This document shows positions 1-7,319 of a DNA stretch of 64,000 bases, in pieces. Position 1 is the stretch's first letter; every line of letters begins with the position of its first letter. The notes beneath the pieces are model-generated. The model did no database searches. It was not told where the DNA came from and was given only the letters and a program-made list of their open reading frames with translations. Both the position numbers and the translations under genes were made by a program. The DNA lies in IMG/VR virus record IMGVR_UViG_3300026518_000011, positions 1 through 64,000 of that record; one strand, 5' to 3'. The DNA is from a virus.

Positions 1-23
1 CTGAATATTGAAGAGTATTTTGT

Positions 24-97
24 GAACCTTTAGCTCAGTCGGTTAGAGCAGATGACTTTTAATCATCAGGTCCTGAGTTCAACTCTCAGAAGGTTCA
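24..97 (+). tRNA. tRNA-Lys (anticodon UUU), CCA not encoded
   Basis: Cloverleaf: acceptor GAACCTT/AAGGTTC, D-arm GCTC/GAGC, anticodon arm GATGA-CTTTTAA-TCATC, T-arm CTGAG-TTCAACT-CTCAG; followed by CAA rather than CCA. Confidence 0.93.
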
Positions 98-108
98 CAA
101 AATACTTT

Positions 109-186
109 TGCACTGTAGCTTAGTAGGTCCAAAGCGCACAACTGATAATTGTGAGATCGTAAGTTCGAATCTTACCAGTGCAACCA
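109..186 (+). tRNA. tRNA-Ile (anticodon GAU), CCA encoded
   Basis: Acceptor TGCACTG/CAGTGCA, anticodon arm CACAA-CTGATAA-TTGTG, T-arm GTAAG-TTCGAAT-CTTAC, ends in A-CCA. Confidence 0.95.
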
Positions 187-217
187 AAATCACACAGATC
201 ACCGAGAAGGGATCAAG

Positions 218-532
218 ATGAAGAACACGGTTAGTCACCCATTGTCAGCCAAGGTGGCACTATTAAAGGCTCAGGTGAAGCGGTTGGAAGAGGTTCTGAA
301 ACCATTTGCTGATCATTATACAGATTGGGAACAGGCCGGATATGAGGATAATTCTATTCTAGCAGTTGGGAATCTACCAACAAACCTACCATTGACGGTT
401 GGGCATCTTCATGCTGCCAAATCGGTTATCGATGGCATGAGCAGAATGAACGATTATTGTGCCCGTGCAATGCAACAGATTCGTTCTGGTAGCTCCGTGG
501 AAGACACTGTATTAGATTCTACATTACTATGA
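218..532 (+). CDS. hypothetical phage protein
   Basis: 104-aa ORF with AAGGGA RBS; no recognisable motif. Confidence 0.6.
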   Translation: MKNTVSHPLSAKVALLKAQVKRLEEVLKPFADHYTDWEQAGYEDNSILAVGNLPTNLPLTVGHLHAAKSVIDGMSRMNDYCARAMQQIRSGSSVEDTVLDSTLL

Positions 533-597
533 GATGTGACCTTCGTGTCACCTAATGGGATGATAATGTCATACGAAGATGACATTATAAAATTCAT
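529..597 (+). other. Two-hairpin element with complementary loops (putative structured RNA or terminator)
   Basis: GTGAC-CTTCGT-GTCAC (536-551) and ATAATGTCAT-ACGAAG-ATGACATTAT (563-588); loops are exact reverse complements; possible closing stem ATGAG/TTCAT. Confidence 0.45.
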
Positions 598-633
598 TAA
601 TGATAGTGTTGACACGCCATACTAGTCCGATAT

Positions 634-1353
634 ATGGGTGTTGTGATATTGACCTATATAGGATGCCCCATGACCGATGATACCACATCTCCTACTAAAG
701 CATTAATCTTGCCATGGAGTGGGGGCATGGATAGCACCGCGTTGCTTCTACAACACCTCATTGCTGCAAAGGTCGATCATATTTACACGATGTATATCAA
801 TGTGAGCGGAAATGGGACTAAGGCAAAATGTGAACACTCAGCAATTGACAAGCATATTGAGTCTATCACCGAATCGGACATATGGACTGACCAGTCAAAA
901 ATGAAATGGACCCATGACGTTTATCAAATTAAAGATTATCCCGATGTATCCGTTGAACGGGGATTGATCCAACCATATTGGTGGATGATGTATGCAGCCA
1001 TGCTATCACAAGTCGCTGTGTCTGCATATGATGAAGTTTCGGTCCATATAGGATATGTCCGTGGGGATACTGCATTGACCTATCGTAATGAAATATGGAA
1101 TATGTGGAATGGCCTGTCAGCGGTGATAAACATTGACACACCAGTCCCCCCTTTACTATTTCCATTCAGCGGGATGACAAAGTCCCATATATTGAAACGG
1201 CTAGAGAAATATGAAGGACAATATAATCGGCCATTTGTTGATTCCTGCTGGGTATGTGAGGAACCAGTGACCTTACACACTCCAACTATTCATGGGGTAT
1301 CCAGATGCGGGAAATGTAGACCTTGCCAACGAGACCCTAGATTTTCTACATAA
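634..1353 (+). CDS. queC: QueC-like PP-loop ATPase (7-cyano-7-deazaguanine synthase family); start probably 670
   Basis: SGGMDS PP-loop and C-terminal Zn motif C-W-V-C...CGKCRPC typical of QueC. Confidence 0.72.
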   Translation: MGVVILTYIGCPMTDDTTSPTKALILPWSGGMDSTALLLQHLIAAKVDHIYTMYINVSGNGTKAKCEHSAIDKHIESITESDIWTDQSKMKWTHDVYQIKDYPDVSVERGLIQPYWWMMYAAMLSQVAVSAYDEVSVHIGYVRGDTALTYRNEIWNMWNGLSAVINIDTPVPPLLFPFSGMTKSHILKRLEKYEGQYNRPFVDSCWVCEEPVTLHTPTIHGVSRCGKCRPCQRDPRFST

Positions 1354-1432
1354 TGATTGAATTCAGCTATTGACTAAAATATGCTGGTGAGATAAGTATT
1401 GTCACAGTATCAACTAAACAAGGAACATTCAA

Positions 1433-1645
1433 ATGTCAGAAGAACGTAAACCATCCATGCTTGCCCAAATCACTGGCGAGATTAACAAAAATAAACAAAA
1501 CGCTTTGAAAAAAGTGGTCAAGGAAAAAGTTGAGGATTATCTCAAAGCAAAAGCGGCTGCGGATGCCATCCTTGCAGACATCGCTGATACCCTTGAAAAT
1601 TCCGGTGAGACCCCCGAGACCATTGCAGCCATCCTAAACGGGTAA
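1433..1645 (+). CDS. small helical hypothetical protein
   Basis: AAGGA RBS, upstream TTGACT element at 1370, coiled-coil-like composition. Confidence 0.7.
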   Translation: MSEERKPSMLAQITGEINKNKQNALKKVVKEKVEDYLKAKAAADAILADIADTLENSGETPETIAAILNG

Positions 1646-1651
1646 TCTATT

Positions 1652-2149
1652 ATGGATGCCCCTATAAAATATGGTAGTGATATATTGGTGACACATAACC
1701 AACACTGCACCACTATTATGCAACGGTCAGTTCCTAACACTTATGTGCTGTATCCTAATATCATTTTTGGTCCATTATCGACTACGGTTGATGACATGTT
1801 TCAGAGGGGCTACTGGCTGCAATTGACTGCAACTGGCAAAGATAAATCACTTTACACCACCCGCCGGTGTAAAGTGTATCTTCAAGATACGCAGAATCGA
1901 TACCGAGTTGGTTCTATTAGTTGGAATAAGTTACACGAATTCCGACCACGGGGTGGTTCTTATGATCTATGTCAGGTATTAGACAATCGCAATCTGATAT
2001 CTGCTCATTCCCCCACACGGACCCCATCGGGATACTTCCGACCGGCGGATATATGGAAACCGATTATGGATAAGTATCCCAGAAGGAAAACCAAAACCAT
2101 GATGGGCAATCGGACCCTATTGGAATATATAAAGGATGAACTAGCATGA
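1652..2149 (+). CDS. hypothetical protein
   Basis: 165-aa ORF, ATGA overlap with next gene. Confidence 0.6.
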   Translation: MDAPIKYGSDILVTHNQHCTTIMQRSVPNTYVLYPNIIFGPLSTTVDDMFQRGYWLQLTATGKDKSLYTTRRCKVYLQDTQNRYRVGSISWNKLHEFRPRGGSYDLCQVLDNRNLISAHSPTRTPSGYFRPADIWKPIMDKYPRRKTKTMMGNRTLLEYIKDELA

Positions 2150-2787
2150 GTGACCACCACCATGAAGATCATGAAGATCATGAAGATTCCCCACCCTGCT
2201 TCACCAAGGGGACATATATTCGCACCCAGCTAGGACAAGTGTTAGTGGAAAATTTGAAAGTGGGTGACTTGGTATACACCGAATTCCATGGGTTTCAGGC
2301 GGTGAAATGGATTTATAACCGAGAGTTTCCCGCTGTAGGGGAATTCGCACCTATTAAAATCTGCAAGGGGACCCTCGGGGTTACTAATGATCTCCATGTG
2401 TCACCGGCCCATCGCATGGTAATGAATGATCCATCAATTGAAGTCCTCTTTGGAATCACCAGCGCGCTGGTTGCTGCCAAAGACTTAATCAACGGAGATA
2501 CCATTTACCGGGATACCTCTATGGGGGTCGTGGAATATTTTCATCTATTATTTGACCAACATGAGATATTGGAGGCCAATGGTGCATTATCTGAGAGTTT
2601 TTATCCACATAGTGAGATGCTGGCGAATCTTGGTGATTCCCAGTATGAAGAAATTACGAATATGTTTCCAGAGGTGTTGACCAATGGGACCCCGTTTACC
2701 GTAGCATACCCAGTCTTGGGACCACACGAAGCTGCAGTGGGTGATCACATGTTTGATTTTTCCTCTTGTGGAACGGAGCATAGATAG
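2146..2787 (+). CDS. stand-alone Hint (B-type bacterial intein-like, Hint_2) domain protein with a His/acidic N-terminal peptide
   Basis: PCFTKGTYIRT...VENLKVGDLV N-terminal block, VSPAHR block, YFHLLFDQHEILEANGALSESFYP C-terminal block as in Rhodobacteraceae Hint_2 proteins. Confidence 0.88.
   Translation: MSDHHHEDHEDHEDSPPCFTKGTYIRTQLGQVLVENLKVGDLVYTEFHGFQAVKWIYNREFPAVGEFAPIKICKGTLGVTNDLHVSPAHRMVMNDPSIEVLFGITSALVAAKDLINGDTIYRDTSMGVVEYFHLLFDQHEILEANGALSESFYPHSEMLANLGDSQYEEITNMFPEVLTNGTPFTVAYPVLGPHEAAVGDHMFDFSSCGTEHR
2161..2187 (+). repeat. 9-bp tandem repeat CATGAAGAT x3 (encodes HED-HED-HED)
   Basis: Read directly from sequence. Confidence 0.9.
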
Positions 2788-2814
2788 ATACCCTAAAAGG
2801 ACAAGGATAATAAA

Positions 2815-3093
2815 ATGAGTAACAGCCATGGCCGGATTGATTGGTTCAATGTATTAATCATCGGTGTGCTATCAGCGATGATGATAGGTGTGGGGGTGTT
2901 GATATTTTCACATGCACCTCAATCCATAACAATCACCAATACTGGGACAGCTACGCTAGTGCACACTTCAATATATCCAGAATGTAACACCGAGATCGAG
3001 TTAACAATGGGGGCGGTAGCTCCTGAATTATTTCGGCTACAGGCAGATTGGACGGCGGAATGCGAAGCTCGGATGAAACAATTGTCTCAATGA
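2815..3093 (+). CDS. small membrane-anchored hypothetical protein
   Basis: N-terminal hydrophobic helix; AAGGA RBS. Confidence 0.7.
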   Translation: MSNSHGRIDWFNVLIIGVLSAMMIGVGVLIFSHAPQSITITNTGTATLVHTSIYPECNTEIELTMGAVAPELFRLQADWTAECEARMKQLSQ

Positions 3094-3096
3094 GGT

Positions 3097-3127
3097 CTTG
3101 ACAAATCAACACGCATTGTGGTATAAG
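3097..3127 (+). promoter_or_regulatory. host sigma70/RpoD-type early promoter
   Basis: CTTGACA-N18-TATAAG. Similar elements at 4603-4632, 26061-26090, 27648-27676 (CTTGAC-N17-CTATAC), 28952-28981 and, on the minus strand, 58975-59003 (CTTGAC-N17-CTATAC). Confidence 0.7.
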
Positions 3128-3143
3128 AGGGAAACTGATCTAA

Positions 3144-3473
3144 ATGGAGACTATCATGACTGATTCAACGATTGCTGACACCATTCTTTCTCAATTGGGG
3201 GGCAATCGATTTGTCTCCATGACAGGGGCATCCAGTCTGAGCTTCACCGATAACAGCCTGAGCTTCCGATTGAAGCAGCGCGGGATTTGTCGCCCAACGA
3301 ATAATGCATTTGCTGTCCGTATTGTATTGGAATCGGATGACACCTACACGATGACCTTTTTGTTCATGAATTCCAAAAATTGTAATATTTCCGATGATGT
3401 CCATACTGGGCTATATTGGGACATGCTGACCGAAGTGTTCACCCAAGAGACCGGACTGGACACCCATCTGTAG
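3144..3473 (+). CDS. conserved hypothetical phage protein
   Basis: TILSQLGGNRFVSMTGA motif recalled from phage/MGE hypothetical proteins; own promoter and GGAG RBS. Confidence 0.75.
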   Translation: METIMTDSTIADTILSQLGGNRFVSMTGASSLSFTDNSLSFRLKQRGICRPTNNAFAVRIVLESDDTYTMTFLFMNSKNCNISDDVHTGLYWDMLTEVFTQETGLDTHL

Positions 3474-3482
3474 GAGATCACT

Positions 3483-3788
3483 ATGCCGGATTATGAATTC
3501 AAATGGGTCGAATGGATTGCCCATTGGCCCACGGGAACTAGTCATTGGAACTGGGAATACCTTTATCTTCCCACTGATTCGTCTGTTAGAGATCGGCTGC
3601 TACCAGAAATGGCCGATGATATGCAATCCTACGGAGGGTTTCGTAAAATGACATGGAAATTTGAAACCCCTCCGGATGATTACATCCAAACCGTATTGGA
3701 CCAAAATATTAAACGATGTAAAGGACTACTTAAGATGAATCGGTCTATGAGAAAAACATTGAAGACAGGTAACTCCGGCAATGAGTGA
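3483..3788 (+). CDS. hypothetical protein, paralog of 3781..4173
   Basis: Shares MxDY..KWV, W(E/D)xL.xP and W.FETPP.D.I...N..N..(M/L)R.TL with the next ORF; AGGAG RBS. Confidence 0.75.
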   Translation: MPDYEFKWVEWIAHWPTGTSHWNWEYLYLPTDSSVRDRLLPEMADDMQSYGGFRKMTWKFETPPDDYIQTVLDQNIKRCKGLLKMNRSMRKTLKTGNSGNE

Positions 3789-4173
3789 TTATGCAATACA
3801 ATATAAATGGGTAAAATTTTTAAAAGTTCTGGATGATCGGACATGTGAACATTATATGTGGGATTTTCTGGCATTCCCCGCCAATGGGGCAGAATTTGCG
3901 TACCACCACCAAGACCTCATGTGTAGTATGGTAGCCTCCTTGTTGGCCAAATGTGATGATAGTGCCGTGGTAGATATTATATGGGATTTCGAAACCCCTC
4001 CGTATGATATCATCATGACCGAGATCAACGCAAATATCGATCAGATCAATAATTTGACCAACCTTAATCGCCAGCTACGAAATACACTAGACGGATTTAT
4101 TCCCGAAGATAGTGAATATTATAACCGCATGAATTTGGGCGGTGTGACACATACTGAGGAGGATCGTGCATGA
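3781..4173 (+). CDS. hypothetical protein, paralog of 3483..3788
   Basis: Same shared motifs; overlaps the upstream ORF. Confidence 0.75.
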   Translation: MSDYAIQYKWVKFLKVLDDRTCEHYMWDFLAFPANGAEFAYHHQDLMCSMVASLLAKCDDSAVVDIIWDFETPPYDIIMTEINANIDQINNLTNLNRQLRNTLDGFIPEDSEYYNRMNLGGVTHTEEDRA

Positions 4174-4402
4174 CCAATATTATTTCTATTGGCCTGTAAT
4201 TATTGATGGTGTGGTTCACCGGAGCTATGCTTTCATCAAGTGTAACATTGGACATGACAATCAGGGTTGTAAACTTTTGGTTCGGGGCATGGTTGATTGC
4301 GTGACCCCTATTGATGATGGTCAAATTCATAGGGTGGATAGTCATCGCATTGGTATTTTTGCGGTGCTGGATTATATTATTGACAAATGGCTATTGCCAT
4401 AA
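4166..4402 (+). CDS. hypothetical protein
   Basis: GAGGAG RBS; overlaps the upstream gene. Confidence 0.55.
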   Translation: MHDQYYFYWPVIIDGVVHRSYAFIKCNIGHDNQGCKLLVRGMVDCVTPIDDGQIHRVDSHRIGIFAVLDYIIDKWLLP

Positions 4403-4421
4403 CACCCCAACATACCTATAT
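4393..4421 (+). promoter_or_regulatory. RpoD-type promoter for the putative ncRNA
   Basis: ATTGCC-N17-CTATAT, near the alphaproteobacterial consensus CTTGAC-N17-CTATAT; predicted start ~4427-4428. Confidence 0.55.
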
Positions 4422-4425
4422 AGAT

Positions 4426-4590
4426 GTTGATCGTTAGTTTAATTGGAAAACGCTAACTACGAGATAACCGTAAGGACTCTCCTTGTGATTATGGTCTAGT
4501 AGCACCATAATTGGATGATGTGGTTAGAGATAGTTCGTTCACGGTGCTACTACATTGTGAACTGAGGGGTAAAGCCCTGCTACGATCAGC
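4426..4590 (+). ncRNA. putative tRNA-like structured ncRNA (~165 nt) with expanded arms and complementary hairpin loops
   Basis: Terminal stem 4426-4434/4582-4590; tRNA-type TA + D-arm GTTT-AATTGGA-AAAC; stem 4453-4460/4520-4527; CC-GTAA-GG tetraloop; hairpins with loops TAGTAG and CTACTA; no ORF. Confidence 0.7.
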
Positions 4591-4615
4591 TATAATATAA
4601 TTCTTGACAAACAGT

Positions 4616-4651
4616 ATTCCCTCCATTAAGGTGTAATCAAATGGAGGGAAT
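4616..4651 (+). promoter_or_regulatory. 12-bp inverted repeat overlapping a promoter and sequestering the RBS of 4657..4851
   Basis: ATTCCCTCCATT (4616-4627) / AATGGAGGGAAT (4640-4651); TTGACA at 4604. Confidence 0.6.
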
Positions 4652-4656
4652 TATAC

Positions 4657-4851
4657 ATGATCACTAAAGACGTAGACTCACTTACCAATTCCTGCATGAT
4701 GGAAATTGAAAAGGTATTCCGCAAGAATGGAATCGCTGCAGTGACCCATCGTCATTACATGGGCAATCGCAAACTTCTTCGTGGGATGATCGAGATGATG
4801 TTGGTTGATGCAGCCATGGATGAAAAAGAATCTGAAAAAGAATCTTCTTAA
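4657..4851 (+). CDS. small hypothetical protein
   Basis: GGAGGG RBS, own promoter. Confidence 0.7.
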   Translation: MITKDVDSLTNSCMMEIEKVFRKNGIAAVTHRHYMGNRKLLRGMIEMMLVDAAMDEKESEKESS

Positions 4852-5782
4852 TCTGGTTGACCTAGTTAATGCCCCATTATACATATGGTGCATGGAAACA
4901 CTAGAAGATATCAAATCAGCCTTAAATTGGCACAACATCACTATGGGATCAGATGGGATTGTCATCCGATTGGATGAATCCGACATGGGTCTCATACAAG
5001 GGTTGAAATCGAATGATCAGTGCATCTACTTGGATCATCCCGAATTTCAGTCAACCATCGTATCATTCCTCATAACCATATCCCCGACTGAGTGGCATCA
5101 ATACTGGGTATTGGGGGATAAACTCCATCGGGTTGATGGCCCAGCCATGGTCTCGGTAATTGAAACCTCCACGGATGTTTATACCACACGGTTGACTTAT
5201 TACCTGAATGGACTGAAGCATCGCACTACTGGTCCAGCAGAAGTTGTTATCACTGGGCAGAGAACCACCAATATCCACCCACGAACCCTAGATGAGGTAG
5301 GCAGTCATTGGGACGTGGAGGAATGGGATTCATTAACCGCCTATTGGTTCACCATGGGGGTTGAGGCAAACTACCCACTTCCGTATTCGGCAGAATATAC
5401 CAATGGGGTTCGTATATACCACAGTATTGATTCCCATCTACTACTGGATGATTATGAAGATTTCCCAGCTATGGAAGTTGGCCAAGTTGTTGTGAATTGG
5501 ATGGAAGATTCAGAAGCCACCACATTTCGGCCCACTAGTCTTAAATTTGCTGGATATAATCGTCATTACACACAGGGGGTATTTGATCATCACAAATGCG
5601 GACGCCTGATATATGCGAACTGGCTAACCGCAGATGGACCAGTAAGTGCAGCTAATAACGACAATATGCGTGATGACCTATTCCCCAATTGGAACATATG
5701 GGATGGGCCATTTTTTATCAACAACCAAGAACTAGTGTTCACCCTCCAAGAAGTGGCAAAGATAACAAATGATCAACAATAA
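4805..5782 (+). CDS. HRxxGPA-repeat protein (MORN/YwqK-like beta repeat), paralog 1; start may be ~4892
   Basis: LHRVDGPA and KHRTTGPA motifs. Confidence 0.7.
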   Translation: MMQPWMKKNLKKNLLNLVDLVNAPLYIWCMETLEDIKSALNWHNITMGSDGIVIRLDESDMGLIQGLKSNDQCIYLDHPEFQSTIVSFLITISPTEWHQYWVLGDKLHRVDGPAMVSVIETSTDVYTTRLTYYLNGLKHRTTGPAEVVITGQRTTNIHPRTLDEVGSHWDVEEWDSLTAYWFTMGVEANYPLPYSAEYTNGVRIYHSIDSHLLLDDYEDFPAMEVGQVVVNWMEDSEATTFRPTSLKFAGYNRHYTQGVFDHHKCGRLIYANWLTADGPVSAANNDNMRDDLFPNWNIWDGPFFINNQELVFTLQEVAKITNDQQ

Positions 5783-6557
5783 AGAATGGATCGATACCGT
5801 TCGATCCACCCTCCCATTTATCATACATGAAACCGCCACATATAATAGCGGTGATATGGCAAATATTACATTTCCTATGCGATCAAATAAGCAGGGGTTT
5901 GAATTACACATTGATGAGTGGACACACACCGAGATTGATGGACTACCCGCCATGCTACATTTATCAAAGCCTAAATCTATTGGAACCCCTAGCAGACCAG
6001 TGGCACCATCATTAGCACCGGCCCAATCAGCGGTTAATATGGTCATCGTGTGGGTGAAGGAACTAGAGATAATAGAAAAAGGGTTTGACAATATTTCCGA
6101 ATCGTATGCTCCACATAATGCTATAACCATTGCCACTGATGACACATCATTATCAGCGGCAGGCAATTACACCACTTATGGCATCACTCCCCATCGCACC
6201 GATGGGAAACCAGCCATATTGTATATCCAAAATCTTAAAAAATGGTATTCTTCTGATGGACTACACCGGAAAGGTGGTCATCCAGCACTGCGGTCAGACT
6301 ATGTGGGTGCTAAATGGGCCGAAGAGGGCCGCTTATATCGGAGTAATGGTCCACACACGGTTGGTATTGAATCATATCAAGAGTTTCATAAAGACGGGAA
6401 TTACAATGGTATGCGATTTCATAAAATTCATACAGAGTGGGATAGTGATGAACAGGCCGCACATGCAGGAGCAATGGATGGCCCTACCAACCCATTATCG
6501 AATCGATATTTTGGAGATCAAATGGATGAGTTTGCATTTGCTGCAGTTAATTGTTGA
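5769..6557 (+). CDS. HRxxGPA-repeat protein, paralog 2
   Basis: PHRTDGKPA, LHRKGGHPA, LYRSNGPH. Confidence 0.75.
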   Translation: MINNKEWIDTVRSTLPFIIHETATYNSGDMANITFPMRSNKQGFELHIDEWTHTEIDGLPAMLHLSKPKSIGTPSRPVAPSLAPAQSAVNMVIVWVKELEIIEKGFDNISESYAPHNAITIATDDTSLSAAGNYTTYGITPHRTDGKPAILYIQNLKKWYSSDGLHRKGGHPALRSDYVGAKWAEEGRLYRSNGPHTVGIESYQEFHKDGNYNGMRFHKIHTEWDSDEQAAHAGAMDGPTNPLSNRYFGDQMDEFAFAAVNC

Positions 6558-6588
6558 CGAACCTACATTGATCTGATAGTATACCCAA

Positions 6589-7293
6589 ATGAAACACACA
6601 TTATTAGAATATTCGTCCACGGACAAATTTTTGTTATTGTTTTTGACTAGTGATAAATTGGCCCAATCACCTAGGTCCACCATCACAGTCCATAAGGATA
6701 GTTTTGACCCTGAGGTAATGGAAGGGTTCAAGGATTCATTAGGAATCCCAGACTTGATCTCATGCACCGATTATAAAGTAAATCTTGATGAAGATTACAA
6801 TCTTCATGGATCAATATCAGAAACCGAAGCGGGTAAACAATTCTCATTCGTGGCGATTCAATTGAAACTCATGTGGCTGGATGTGTCCAACACTGCGAAT
6901 GATCCCATTGGGTTTCATAGAGAGCGTGGACCAGCCTCAATCACACTGTGTAATTATAAAACATATCACCACCATGGGGACAGAACTGGATTTTCGTTCA
7001 ACACCAGTCAATATCGGTGGTATTCTAAAGGGAAGCAATTCCGTGCTGCTGGACCATATCTGATAAACACTGGAATGGTTTCAGCCTCAGTCGATTCATC
7101 TGGAAAAATTCGTAGCAATAATAACATAATTGATAAGGTGTATTGGAATCACCCCAGCGATAATACCAACATCATATCATCAGATGTTCACAGAGCATTA
7201 ATCGAGGGTGGGATAAAACTCAATATGATGTCACTAACGGAAAGTGTATTCAAGGATCGACTGGATGAGGCCGCGTTCTATGCCACGGTGTGA
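6589..7293 (+). CDS. HRxxGPA-repeat protein, paralog 3
   Basis: FHRERGPA, QFRAAGPY; C-terminal F.D..DE.AF shared with paralog 2. Confidence 0.75.
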   Translation: MKHTLLEYSSTDKFLLLFLTSDKLAQSPRSTITVHKDSFDPEVMEGFKDSLGIPDLISCTDYKVNLDEDYNLHGSISETEAGKQFSFVAIQLKLMWLDVSNTANDPIGFHRERGPASITLCNYKTYHHHGDRTGFSFNTSQYRWYSKGKQFRAAGPYLINTGMVSASVDSSGKIRSNNNIIDKVYWNHPSDNTNIISSDVHRALIEGGIKLNMMSLTESVFKDRLDEAAFYATV

Positions 7294-7295
7294 CC

Positions 7296-7301
7296 TAAAT
7301 A
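7296..7301 (+). promoter_or_regulatory. T4 gp55-type late promoter core TAAATA (one of ~23)
   Basis: Also + strand at 9044 and 36469. Minus strand (TATTTA) at 8975, 10277, 13891, 16631, 17523, 22384, 24820, 26017, 27604, 30600, 35599, 39271, 43666, 49070, 52016, 57780, 60561, 61970, 62770, 63083, each just upstream of a co-oriented gene. Confidence 0.8.
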
Positions 7302-7319
7302 GGGGTAGGAGATATTAAC

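Noticed and set aside
529-597. Canonical hammerhead ribozyme or loxP-like site
   Set aside because: The core reads CTAATGG and AAAA rather than CTGANGA and GAAA. The CTTCGT/ACGAAG match to loxP arms is only 6 bp with wrong spacing, and no recombinase is in the window.
4426-4590. Ordinary tRNA, intron-containing tRNA or tmRNA
   Set aside because: No 7-nt anticodon loop, canonical T-loop or CCA. The insert is too short for a group I intron, and there is no tag ORF or tmRNA-type acceptor/T arm.
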